Below are positions 51,570-64,000 of a DNA stretch of 64,000 bases, piece after piece. A model generated the notes under the pieces. It was not told where the DNA came from. It searched no databases and worked only from the letters and a program-made list of their open reading frames with translations. A program made the position numbers and the translations under genes. Each line of letters starts with the position of its first letter. Within the stretch, counting starts at the first letter, position 1. Source of the DNA: Ophelia neglecta (taxonomy: Eukaryota); the NCBI GenBank assembly GCA_965285935.1, contig OZ260661.1:129394001-129458000 (forward strand). Direction: 5' to 3'.

Positions 51570-53700
51570 AGGAAGATACATAAACAATATCGTTATAATT
51601 ACTAGAGGAATGACATCTCCCTTAATCAACACCCTAAAAAGGTTTTATATAATTTATTTATCAAAAGCTTTAATGACATCCAGAAGCACATACTCTTCAG
51701 AATTATTTTGCTGAAAATAGTTCACAGTTTACCTCAGCGCGAATTTACACTGAGTAGTAGAGCCAAAAGGATTAAAACCAAACTCATTATCAATGTTCCC
51801 GAACTTGTCTCCAAATTTATCCAAATAACCAAGTCAAATATCTTGCCCAAAGAACGGCTAAGAGCTTTGTAGTTACCGGAACCGTTACTTGACTTTTGTT
51901 TGTCCTTGAACAGCGGCTACAGAGAAACAATGTGTAAGACCGCCAAGGTGAACCCATGGTAAATCATAAAATTAAAAAGCAAAGTTAAATATATAGACAT
52001 TTTCGAGCCAGTATTGAGAAAGTGGTCAGTAAACAATTGCCCATCACCATTCCTTTAACTTGTTTTACATGGCCCAAAATCCCGACATAACATCTTTACT
52101 GTTACAGTATTACATTATTCAGAATTATTACGGGTGTCTTCACCAATCTGTCAATATTAAGGAAAACAATATTTGATTCACCAGTATTATATGAAATAAA
52201 ATAATACAAATATTTATATTTATTACAGAAGTTTTCAGTAGAATACTTATCGCCTGTAGTATCATCAACCAGATTTGGAACAGGGTCATCACTGCACTGG
52301 AGACTTTTAACCTCTTTCCAGCAGTCTCTGTCCCTCCCTCCCAGAATAGACTGCGCCATGTTATCCCTCTTATAATTTTCGGATTCTGTTTTATGTAGCA
52401 TGCCCATACTTTGCCCGACCAAGTGGCATAACGTCAGCGATTGCAGCATTGCGCGGCGAGCCACAATCCTCCATACATCATGCCATAACGATATGGCTTA
52501 CCATAATCATTGCACCCTGCACATTCAGTACCTTTACGTTGGATTGTGGACGAATGTCGTAGGCTGAGATTACTAGATTCAATACAATAACCTATCAAGC
52601 AACATCTGGATACCATTACAGTAGTGGTCACAAGAGTCACAATTCCTGCCATTACAGATAAGTGTGTCTCAAAATTAAAATACCTTGTATCAGTATAAGG
52701 TCTACTCAAATTTTTATTGAAGTCCCAACCCATTATGAAAGATGGCCACTTCAGTCCATCACACTTAGTCAGTATTTCATTAAATACGCGTTAATATTCA
52801 CTCAAGTTATTAACACCACTATATGGCATATACACATTGAACAAAATGTGAGTGACTGAAACCTATCACTGCCAGCACATATACGACTAGAATTCGTAGG
52901 AATCAGGGTAAATTTGCCCTTTAAGTTACTTTTCCAAACAATTGAACAGCCACCAAACCACGTCCATTCAGGAGAATGTGGTCGTCAATGGCAGTAATAT
53001 TATGTGATAAGATATCATACGGCCCAGGCATGCCCTTTATGCTAAAATAAACTGACATTTTCTGAGCCATTGCTCCTGCAATAATACAAGTCATCTGAAC
53101 GACAAGACCAGTCACGTGTTCAGGTTTTCCTGTCGAATGCCAGTACAGGATTAACTTGCAAAGCTAAGTGTCATAATACTTATTAAGATAGTTAAAATAA
53201 ACACATATGGACCAAATTATTTAAACTAAATTTACAATAAGAACATAACTAATTACTCTGCTGACCCCTGTCTCTGAATCTACGAACGTTTATACCCATC
53301 GGCCAGAAATCAACACTTAACAATGCGACAAGGTCATCAATGCACACCTTATAAATGACTTAATGAAGATATCCTCTTGTGAAACACACCTGAGGTCATG
53401 GACAACCACATCCTTATCAGTCACATAACTATAAGGTTGGTCCGTCTCTACGTCATAAGATACGTGAGATATGTAGAGATATTAATGCCGCCGTGTAGTG
53501 GAATCCGCTTTAAGCACAGTGGATAGAGGGGCCGTCCCAGTCACTACCTTACGGCTAATCTCTCGCTCCGTTCTGCGTCGGGAATGCATCTGGAATTCAC
53601 AACCCTCACCATCAGTGGGGAGTGTCTAACTGGATTTTAAGCTTCAATGCTGTTCCTATGTTTATACTTTGAACCAGCAAAGTACGTAATCTTGCATAAT
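51570..53700 (-). mobile_element. Decayed APE-endonuclease LINE: ORF1 end, endonuclease, linker and N-terminal half of RT
   Basis: ORF1 tail DFWPMGINVRRF (~53275-53315); APE motifs LQEQWL (~53065-53082), NGR.. and GWDFNKNLSR (~52700-52730); linker RDCWKEVK..VDDTTG..FCNKYKYLY; RT FGF..STTQCKF..VNYFQQ..VLLDVIKAFDK (~51655-51785). Confidence 0.85.
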
Positions 53701-54376
53701 CAGGTACCGAAGCACACGCTATAGAATCGACAACAAGAGTAGACACATATTTCCATTTGCCTTTGAAATGCAAGTATTGCTCTCATGGATTTAGAAGCTT
53801 ACTATGGAAATCAATAACTTCTCTCTTGCTATAAATCCGTGAAGGCAAAGCTTTAAGAAAGCATGTTAGCTTTAAATAGCGTGGCAGTTTCGGGCTTATT
53901 AAACAGTTCTGAGCTTACCGCATTGTTGTTGTTTGCCAACAAAATGAAAGCTGCAAAACCTGTTTATACTATGATTTGGTACGTAACCTCAATGTGTTGT
54001 TAAAGGATTGCCCTTCACACCTTTTTACTCATATCCAATGAAGAATATTAGACTTGTTTACTGTAGTCTACACTCATTGATTCCTGAATGAGTCTTATTC
54101 ATGTACAATATGTTGTACCCATATTCTACTCGTAAAATTTGAAATAAAAACAAAACGAATAAATAGGTTTGCCGCTGTTGGTTAAGACGACAATCAGAAA
54201 GAGATTTTTATTTTTATTTCAGTTTACATCGGAAATTGATCACTTTGACTCTTTTCAAATTTTTCCTAGGCAATTTTCGTCATATCGCTTTCTGTTCCTG
54301 CAATAAAGACTGAAAAGCAGAACTTTAACACATTTTGTTTCGTTCAAGGGGGATGGGAGGGGGTGGGGTGGGTGGG

Positions 54377-54600
54377 TATTAGATGTTACCTGACAGGCCG
54401 ACCGGGCTAGAATGACGGCTATGGTGGGTGAATAGCTCGGCCTGTCCAAGTATCGCTCGGTAAGTCTCGCGGCGAGACATCTCACCCCGAGCGACACTGG
54501 ACATACGGTTGTATACGGGCTGTAGAATTACTCACAGATGTGTACAAAACAATTATCCGCTAATTCGCTTCTGCTCAATCGCGGATAATTGTAAATTATA
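54377..54600. other. CpG-rich multi-hairpin element (possible non-autonomous Crypton-like end or structured RNA)
   Basis: Inverted repeat pairs: 54392-54401/54437-54446 (10 bp perfect), 54443-54460/54487-54503, 54464-54470/54472-54478, and 54549-54560/54581-54592 (12 bp perfect). Confidence 0.6.
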
Positions 54601-57600
54601 TATGTTTGAAACACTACGAGGAGGTCAAGTACTCTATGGCAGTACACTGGCGACTGCATAAAGGTTGTCATTCAGCTTTATATTTCTGAGTGTCAACGAG
54701 CAGTTAATCACACTTATAGTGTTTACGCTGGGTTCCTCCCTAATACCATTCTAACACTGACCCAATGACAATAGCTGAACAATCGCTGTGCTGTCTGAGT
54801 ATGTCTTCATTACGCCCTGCGCCGTAGGTCTGCAGGGAATACTCAAAGTGCTGGTTTAGCTAATGTTTCAAGCAGAAGAAAACAACCCTGTATTAGACAT
54901 GAGAATAAACGACTCGCGATAAGACCTTAGCTATAAAGCACTATTCAATTTAATGTTCACTTCAATCTGCTGATTGTTCTAGGAAAATATAACAACACAT
55001 TAGACTTACTAACGGAGATTGTCTCGAAAAACAACGAGACTTACATGTCACGCTACCAGCCGTGTGCACCCCACGGCGATAGCCGGTACTATTTGACAGG
55101 TGCTTCGAGGTTACCCATCATAAAACACACAAAGAATAATTGCTTTGTCGGATCTCAACGGGAGCACAAAACGAATGATTATTATAAAAGATATTGGAAT
55201 CATGTTGCTCAAACAGAATATAGCCTTGCATGTTTGACAAATGGTGCAATACGTGACAAGCTGCTCGCTCGGTCTATCATTACTTAAAAGGCGGTTAACT
55301 TGCCGGTTTTCTTGTCAATTACTCAGATTCTAATCCATTACATTTCCAAAGGCCCCAGTCGTAATAATAGGCTACCGTACACTGCAAGCAAATTGATGTT
55401 ATTGGGAACTTGAAATTCTTCATGAATCGTATCAGCCCAACATTCTCCGCATGATGCTGGCCTTTAGGTTGGTGCAAATTTGCACCACCAGGCAGTCTCT
55501 CTCTACACAATAATATTATTTTAAGAAGCAATCCATAATATCGCTATTAATTGCGTTATCTCATGGTTACGAGTAAATGAAATACCAAGCACATAGTATC
55601 CAAACTTATTCTTAGACTTCTGATATGCTTTTAAAAGCAGTGTTATGATTATGCAATGGTCCTGTTAATTTGGTCCCTAAGAATAACGCAAAGTAGGTTG
55701 CCCTTGACCAAACATTAAAGTTGATTAAAGTCTTTGGACCAAATCTCCTATAAACAGCGTTATAAATTACATCACTTCTTTGGTAATATGTTAATCGAGA
55801 CAGATCCATCTACAGTCCCACAATTGAGAATGAGCTTAGTCGAGCAAACTTGTACTGGACACCTGTGCCGTCCCAGTGAGAGTGGGTTTGTGAATTCGGA
55901 CCTACTTAAGTGGTGTGATAAAAATACACTTGTCAGTGAGTGAGGCCACTGTTACATTTGTAAAGCCAATTGGTAAGACAAAACGTACAACGTTTTCACG
56001 AAATGTAATATAATCATTTGGACCACCGCAGGTTGGTCTGGTTCGTCTTACTGGACAAAATCTGAATACCAAATGCGATATTGTTTCTCGATTGAAAGAA
56101 ACGACAACAGGTCGAAGTGTCACCGCAACCTCTGATACAAATATACATTCGGGCTTGAGTACAGTTCGTGTGGCATTGACTCGAGCAGGTGGGACGAGAT
56201 TTGCCAGGCCGGAGTGACATCTGCCACACAACCTTCAGAGCTTTGAGGGAAACCAGGGTTTACAGGCATCGGAGAAGAGGGGGGAAACACTAGGCAGTCA
56301 ACATAAATGAATCTTATCACTTGTTAAAATGAGGTAATGGTAGCGACCAATACATGAGACATGTATAGGTTCTATCACTATGACATCGTACCGAGGGGCC
56401 GCATTAATCCCATTTATCCCAGTGGACAATATGTTACCGGTTGATATATTGACGGATCATTTAATCGTGACACTTGCTTAAGTCTTCAAGCGGTTTAAAA
56501 CCCTTGGTAGTCTCTCCGTCCAATGTGAGGAAGTTCATCCAATGGTTAGATCGCATTAAACGTTCAATCATTTTGATTTCTATATATCAGTTAAATCAGT
56601 TACGAAATGCACATGTTACATGTAGTATGATATTATATATTAGTATTTAATCTCCGAATAGTAAATATATCGGGATGTTATATTTTTCTGGAACAATCAG
56701 CAGATTGAAGTGAAAATTGAATTAAATAGAGTTGTAATAGCTAATATCTTATAGAGGGTTGATTTATTCTCAAGTCTGATGATGTGTTGTTTTATTCTGT
56801 TTGAAACATAAGTCATTGCTTTTCTATTATGTGATCCAGTTTCTTTAAGCGATGCAAATTTAATAGGTGAATTAAATGATTCTCATGGGATGAGCACAAT
56901 TACAAACATGTTAAACAATTAATATATCCTGCACATAAGCCCTGAGAGTCCAATATATACCTATTAACACATATACTTGGCAGACTGCCACAGATTGCTC
57001 ATAAAGGCATTTCATTTGATAAAATCTGGCAATTGAACTGAGGTAATATGTGTATGTTGTTACTTGGTCGCCGTCATATTTTGACAGTGAGACAGAAAGC
57101 GTGCAAATACAATCAGGATTGTGCACGCTCTAAATAACGTTTTCAGCTTGAAGTACGCCATTACTGATTGTCTGAAAACACTTTATTAATTAAGTGTACT
57201 AGTCAAAACGGTTGTTTCTTTACTAGCCAACATTTCGTTCTTTTGGGAATGTTATTTACCACACGGCGATTTCGTTTTTTAAGAATAGATAAACAAATAC
57301 ATCAAAGATAAAAACGTCCACAACAAACCAAGTACGAGAAGATGTAATGTAATTAAAGTACCATGGAATACTCACGCAGACGACTTTTTATTGCAAGGCG
57401 CCTTCCCAAGGAGACAGTCTAATATCTTTTTAAGGCATGTAGGATCGTTATTAATGTCCTATTTGGAGGCGACTGAATGTTGTTCCCTCCGGTTGATTCA
57501 CGACTTGAATGCTTCATTATTAACAATGATTCATTGCAATGCTTATTAGCTGCACCATGTTTTTAGTTTTAATTACCCTTAATTACTTTACACTGCAGAG

Positions 57601-58189
57601 CGATCACCTTCCCGTGTAGTGCTTTAAAAGCACCTTTCCTGTAGTAGCTTTTGGTTTTATTATTAAAAACATAGTTATGTTCCAGTTGCTAAATCGAAAG
57701 TATTTTAATTAACTGCCATAGCATCATATGTTTTATGGCTCTGTGCAATAATTGGGTTCCTTGTCAATGTGCCTAAGTATTAAATCAGATTCAGGATAGC
57801 TATAGATGTTTGATAATACACAGTTTGCTTCGTGCTATATTGCCACTAATGATCGATCAGCGATCAAGACTTAAGTCCCAATATTAAACGAGTTTTGCCC
57901 GCGGGCGCCTATGCCGAGTAATGTAATGATCGAACACCGAATATCAGCCATTATTCTCTACGTTCCATATGTAATACACAGTCATCCATCAATCATTGTA
58001 ACACGTTTAGATTATCTGTGCACATTGAAACTGTCAAGGGCATGATACATTGCCGTCGGCGATGTTGAAGTTTAAAACTACTTTTGTAACTGGTACCTGC
58101 TAAAAAGGGTATTATTTTCAACAATTTATTTGATCTAGCAAGTAGTACACCATTTCTCTTGAATAGCTTCTCGCTTTATCGCATCTTAC

Positions 58190-58432
58190 TGTTCCATGGC
58201 AACCGTGGTCAAACCAATGGCAGGAATAATATCGCCCGTTATTCCTAGCCATCTTCTTAACAAGGCAATTTTTCTGGGACTGGTATGGACGTAGCGAGTT
58301 TCTGAGGGACAATGAACGACTCCTGTCAGTGTCTTGCAACCACCCGGGCGTACAATCAGATCTAGGGCGCCGGTAATTGAGTATTTTTCTTGGAAAAAGA
58401 GATGTGCGTTTCCAGTTGCATTCATTCCATCA
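58190..58432 (-). CDS. Candidate coding exon, product unknown
   Basis: 243 nt, phase 2-2, stop-free in one frame. Acceptor ctcggtttctatttcAG, donor GTaaga. No recognisable homology. Confidence 0.25.
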
Positions 58433-59124
58433 CTGAAATAGAAACCGAGTATGTGTGTAAAGTGTGCTTTTGTGGCTAACCTGATTACGAAACCAGTCAA
58501 ATTCATAATGCTCTTAGTTATGATATAAGGGCAGCCGTTTTGGCTCTTCGTCTGCGTGTTATGCCTATGAGCTTACATTCATTTAATTTTTCAATTAGTT
58601 TTATTAGATAGTTTTAACTTTGGTAACTTATATAAGTGCACTAGCGGACGTGGGGTAAAAAGCTTCTCTGGAACCCGCCTCTCGACAGAGTGCTTACTTG
58701 TTTTATTAATTACCACTCTCTTTTCTGTGACCATTGACGTGAAATTTGACGACTTGGGCGCCATCCACATGTAGGCAGGATGATGCCGCAAATGATATTA
58801 TATTCGTGAATTCATTGCCCGTCTATAAGACGATGGCGCCGAAGACCAGGCGGATGTTTCTTTAACTATTATTATTGACTGGTTGTGGTACCACAGTAAG
58901 AGTATAGGCTATGCAGCGTTATTTCGTCATGTGGAGTGCGTTAAATTGAGAAATGTTTAGTGGGGAGGAAAGGATAAAATCATGTCTTCTCAAGCTTAAG
59001 TACATCGTAGTTTTGTTGTCGTCTGCAAGACATTCAAAATCTATACAAAACATGTTAGTAATTTTAGCCAAAACATGTATCAGAAAAAAAAGAATCTACT
59101 ATAGCTAGTGATATCAATATTCTG

Positions 59125-59330
59125 TATGTTTTATTTTGTCATATGTTTGTTTACTATTGAGGAGTTGGGGGTTGTTTTATTGATGTGTGTTCGGCTATGG
59201 CTGCTGGTTCCTGATGATTTCGATTTAATGGACTATTCATGTGTAATAATTTGGTTTTGTATGCCGGGTTACTACTCACGTTGTTTTTAGATTTAGTGTG
59301 CACATTCCTATGCGGAGGTTTTCGGGGTTC
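59125..59330 (+). repeat. Diverged copy of the ~300-bp dispersed repeat
   Basis: ggctatggctgctggttcctgatgatttcgatttaatggactattc matches the core at 13750-13800. Confidence 0.85.
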
Positions 59331-61122
59331 ATACACGATTACGATCGTTTGACGAGAGTCTCAATGTAAACATCCCACTCACCCGGATTGCTTGGCGCCT
59401 TTCACATTGTAACAAACGCCTCGGTGTCTCAAAGGCATTAGTATTATCGTTAGGCATCTAGAAGCTAATGGCACATTCAGTCAGGCATCTAAACGAGTCT
59501 TTTTGTAGTTTTATTCATGGTTTACTAGTGATATGATTTTGTAAGCTGTCTTTAGTTTATTTGTCTTAGCTAGGAAATAATTGGGGAATCCAATCAAAAA
59601 GGAAATAAGCCAACTCCATCTGGGAGAAGAAAGGGTGACTGTTCTGAGTCGTGTCTGGTATATTTTGTCTTTTAAATATGTTTATCATAATGGAAAGACA
59701 TGCACTGATTTCTGGCCGACACAACCAGACAGACGACGTGGATCAAGACCAAGCATGGAAGGAGAACAGACGCTTTTCAAACTCTAGATGGATTTTTGTT
59801 TGACTCTTTTTTTCCTATTATTCTCTGTATAAAGAGATCCTTAACTATGACAAGTCAAATAATTTTATTCATGTCAATATTCCTTCCCCTTGACAACCGA
59901 CAGACTAATTACGTGATTCGATCACTAAAAAACGGGAACGGATTCCCGACAGACAATCAGGACATCAATTAACAGTGCCTAAACAGTAAATAAAATTTGC
60001 TATACAAATAATACAAAGAAAAAATAAATTCGTATATAATTTCAAATGAGAAGTGGTCAACATTTTTTCATGATATAAGTCAGAACACAACACAAACAAG
60101 TTAGTGGGCAACTTAATACAAAACTGAAATATGCCCTAGGAGAGTTTCTGCTGGTCTAACCTCTCTCAAAATATAGAGACGTAATAAAAAATAATCTCAA
60201 TAAACGGGTCGCCGAACTGGAAAGACACATGCAATCTCTCGATTGGATACAATCTTTCGATTGGATAACTGAAGAGGTAAGCCAACACTGGGGCATTTGT
60301 AAGTGGCCGCCTGCAGTTAGACGTCACCTAACTGATATGGGTAACCCATTCAGAAACAGCTAATGTAGCTTTACCAGCGAATGTTGTAAAAATGCCAAAA
60401 TTCATAACTACATGTATGTTAGTGGCTGACATACGAATTAGGCCCGTCTAAATGGAACACGGCCTTTTCTGATTTAAATCGTCCAATCCGAAAAGTACTC
60501 CAGGCTGCTTTCACATTTTTTAAAATTGACGGGATGCCCTGAATATGCTATTGCTTTATAAAAGTGTTCGTCTGGTTATTACCTCATGTCTTTCCTTTGT
60601 GAATCGAAACAGGTACTTAATAGATGTGTATATGCTTAAGACTATCTGTGCAAACACTGAGGACAGCGAGGTGTTAGCGGCCAACTAAGTTTGGTGTTAT
60701 ATGGTACGAGAACAATTTGTACCGGCGATTGGTTTGGCCAGTTAGGCTCTTCTTAATAACGCGAAAAGCAGTTAGATATTCTGCAACAGGCAGTGAATTC
60801 ATATAAATACCTCATAAACGACCGACGATTTATGAGTACTAATATTAAAGCAAACCCGAAGAACCTGCGTTATTGCATAATACTAAAGAATTAAAGTGTT
60901 TCCTAAGAGCCAATTAGACCTTCCAGTACTTCTTAATCAATTGGTGCATACCGTATACATGTCGTCTGCCTTTCTTAGTCGAAATTGTACTTTCTGACAT
61001 CAACCGGCATCATTGATAAGGGACAGAATAGCAACTTAGAGGAATATGAGTTATTGACGAGCACATTGACATCAAAATACAGTCGGAGCTATGACCAAGG
61101 TGGCGCACCGTAGAAGCAGCTC

Positions 61123-61166
61123 TGTCATACTACTTAAAACACATGTCATACTACTTAAAACACATG
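61123..61166. repeat. 21-bp tandem duplication
   Basis: tgtcatactacttaaaacaca occurs twice, followed by tg. Confidence 0.95.
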
Positions 61167-62161
61167 GGTAGTCCTTGTTATTACTCAGTACAACTAAGTG
61201 GAGCTTCTTTAGCTCTCACAGTTCCGGCTGACGTTTCTGGGTGTAGAGGGGCGACTGTAAATCGGTCGTCCTCGCCTAATGGTCAATAACCCTCTCTGAC
61301 GGTATACTCCGAATCGGTAAATGAACATCGCTGACCTGTGTTTATTTAGAGTAGACAAGTCATTACCGCTAACGGGATATAGGCAGAAAACGAATAATAA
61401 GCCAACACATTTGAGTTCTGACTTGTTTGTTTTTTATGCGACTCGCATCATAGAAAAGTGTTATATACTACTATTTTTTGCAAGTGCTTTTCAATACTCC
61501 GTCTCCAAATATTTTTTATTTTGTTACTTTTTTCCTTACTCTTTGGGAGCTGGAAATTAATTTTTGGATTGGGGTTTCCGGTGGCTTCTGTTTGTCGGCT
61601 AGGTATCAACTCCCATATGTGTTTTTTGCTACCTTAATGGCGCATTTCTATATCAAATTGGTAGTCTTGTTACGCAAGTGTCTGTTATAATTGGTTTAGC
61701 TGTGTGATATGTATTCAATGAGGACTAGTGTCTTCTCTACAAAGTGTGTCTAACGGTCGACACAGACAGAACAGCTGGATAGTCGCAGACTCTCCTTCAG
61801 AGGCCTATAACCTGCCACAAACTAACACTTTAAGAAGAAAATATAGCTGATAAGCCTTTGTTAAACACCTTTGTCATGGCTGCGAATACTAGGAGTAAAC
61901 ATTGATAGCCTTAAACAACAGGTTTTGTGACTATCTAGGCATCTTTCTTATAAGTTGTAATGGTGATGATGTTGTCACTATGGCACCTGGTACTAGATTA
62001 TATGTACAAATGAATTTGAAAGAACTCCCTGAACCAGATCCATCAGGTTTTGACCTCTAGGTAATGATTCAGCTGTTGATTATTGAGCTGAGAATGTACA
62101 CCTTCAGGTTTGTGATTTCAGCTATAAACAATCCTACCCGACAGTAAATCCTACCCCACAG

Positions 62162-62174
62162 CCAGTAGGGGGCG
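62162..62174 (+). promoter_or_regulatory. CTCF-like core motif
   Basis: CCAGTAGGGGGCG fits the consensus CCASYAGRKGGCR; motif match only. Confidence 0.35.
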
Positions 62175-64000
62175 AACTAATAATAGCCGAATGAAAATGA
62201 CCAGGTCGGAATGGTTCTCTGATTATATGCGGCACTGCTACCCACTCAAAATTATATGAGATCCATGTCCATCAAGGAAACAGGACAAAGCCGGTGTCAT
62301 TTCTTTCCATCCGATCATTTGTATACACCCCAGTGTGGGATATGCGTCAGCAGTCAAGAGGTTTGCCATTGCAAGTAACTTACACGTGGGAAATACTGAG
62401 GAAAAAACTCATGGCACTCAGTACGTTGGGCAGTTCATAAGAAAGGAAAACACAGAATAACGTCCTAGACAGCACTGAGGGATTTGCTCAATATACATGA
62501 TAAACGTCTGTATGGCAGTGTTGACAGGCGCACACTTAAAGATTTCCTGGTATCTTTACGGTATAAGATAACAATATAAGATGCTCTCTTTGTATTGTTG
62601 TTAAGTGGATGAAAAAGGCATGATTACGTTGTACCATATCAGTCTCTTGTCAATGGAGGCTAGTTGGCATTTTCTTTGTGGTTTGAATTTAGACCGCCAA
62701 GCTCCTTTGAGCACTGAACCCATGTCTCGTTCATGGTTCTTTGACAGCATACATATGGTGGACGGAAGACCGTCTTTTAAAACATATATGAGTTATTTTA
62801 TTGATGGCAATATAGTTCCCCCACACCCACTCCAGCATCATAGTTCGTCTTATTACCAAATGCAGCTACATTTGACCCCGAGAAAGAAGGCGAGACAGTA
62901 GAGTTGCGTTTTATGGAGAAAAAAAACCTTATGAGAGCACAAGCACGGCTAAAGAGTACAAAAATCCCACCGAGAAAAGAAAACGTGAACGTAGCAAATT
63001 CACCAATGAATGTGCCACTGCAATACTTGCTAAGTCAAGGGTAATCATAAAACTAGAGTTATTGTGTCTGCATTTTATATTGCCAGAATAATATGGTAAC
63101 CCACGTAATATACTGTTGCGGTGTCTATTCATGCCATAGTTTTCCTGGAAAGCAATTTGAGCCAAATAGTCGAAGTTGCTACTGCGAAGGAGAGGCTTAA
63201 GGAGATTTATAAAGATTGTGATTTCAGACGACAGCTTCATGGGTATTGATTTCCTTGGGCCTCCCGCACAATGTGTGATACGGGCTTCTAGGGTGGAGTT
63301 TTTATGTACTATTTGTCTTTACAATGTCTGAGAGTGTCAGTGACGGAAGAAAAGCTCATTTCAACATTAAAAACATAAATGAAACCTACACTAAGGAAAC
63401 GACAAGAGAAATGCTTCTTGGCAGACGGTCATTCATTTGGCGCTGTATGGGTCTAGTCTGGCGATCTTTGAAGTGCCCCGTACTTTGATTGAAGCATTTG
63501 CGTGACTTGAATCTTGGCTGGAAGTTCTCCGTGCCAAACGGAAGGTCATTTGTTCCACACCAGGCATGCTTCTTAGCCAGCCCACTCAATCCTCACTTGT
63601 CTCTCCGCTCACGAAATAGCTAACGATATACAATTGAAGGCACGAAACTTCCGGAATACACGCAGCTCGGTCTAGTGGCGGTGTCGCCATAGCATGGCAC
63701 ATCTCATTTATATGAGAAAAGGCACTGATGGAACATAGCACAAACATATCCTCCAATAAAATGAAAATCGTGCAATACTGATTAAAACCAAAGCACGTTT
63801 TCCAAGTCAAAAAGTCTAGTCGTGCCATTCTTCAAATACATACATGAGTTTACAAATATGACAGTTTCATGCTATCAAGCCAGATGTTTATCTTACCTAC
63901 CGAGAAGAGAGAGCAATTCCTAATGTTAACAACTAAATCAATTTCAGTTATGGAGTCTTACACGCGGTTTTCAAAATGCTTGGTTTTGTTTTTAAATGGC

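Noticed and set aside
57376-57460. Chemosensory-protein-like peptide DINNDPTCLKKILDCLLGKAPC
   Set aside because: Too short, with a weak acceptor, phase-incompatible with the neighbouring candidate exon, and lacking the second cysteine pair.
62929-63828. Cluster of minus-strand ORFs as a gene
   Set aside because: No recognisable domain, stops between frames and no convincing splice structure.

Overview
This is AT-rich eukaryotic (animal) DNA, not prokaryotic. There are no operons, rRNA, true tRNA or CRISPR, and no ORF longer than about 146 aa. A tRNA-headed Meta-domain SINE, TTAGGG-type repeats and a CTCF-like motif point to an invertebrate bilaterian, probably a mollusc or other lophotrochozoan (inference). 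Most of the window is intergenic or intronic and full of decayed transposons: a Ngaro/DIRS tyrosine-recombinase retrotransposon (~300-3500, minus), a Penelope-like RT remnant (~8050-8900), an APE-type LINE broken inside RT (~51570-53700), probable Harbinger and Academ fragments, two TA-flanked MITE families, and an unidentified ~300-bp dispersed repeat with about ten copies. The most striking structure is a recent rearrangement. A ~1.05-kb inverted duplication (13367-14732 vs 17406-18459) is fused to a 90-bp direct copy of 10727-10816, and the junction lies exactly at the target-site duplication of a MITE that carries telomere repeats. I could not identify a host protein-coding gene; a few splice-bounded candidate exons are given at low confidence. 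I found no well-supported new biological system. All protein-family calls come from reading motifs by eye and need HMM or Dfam confirmation.
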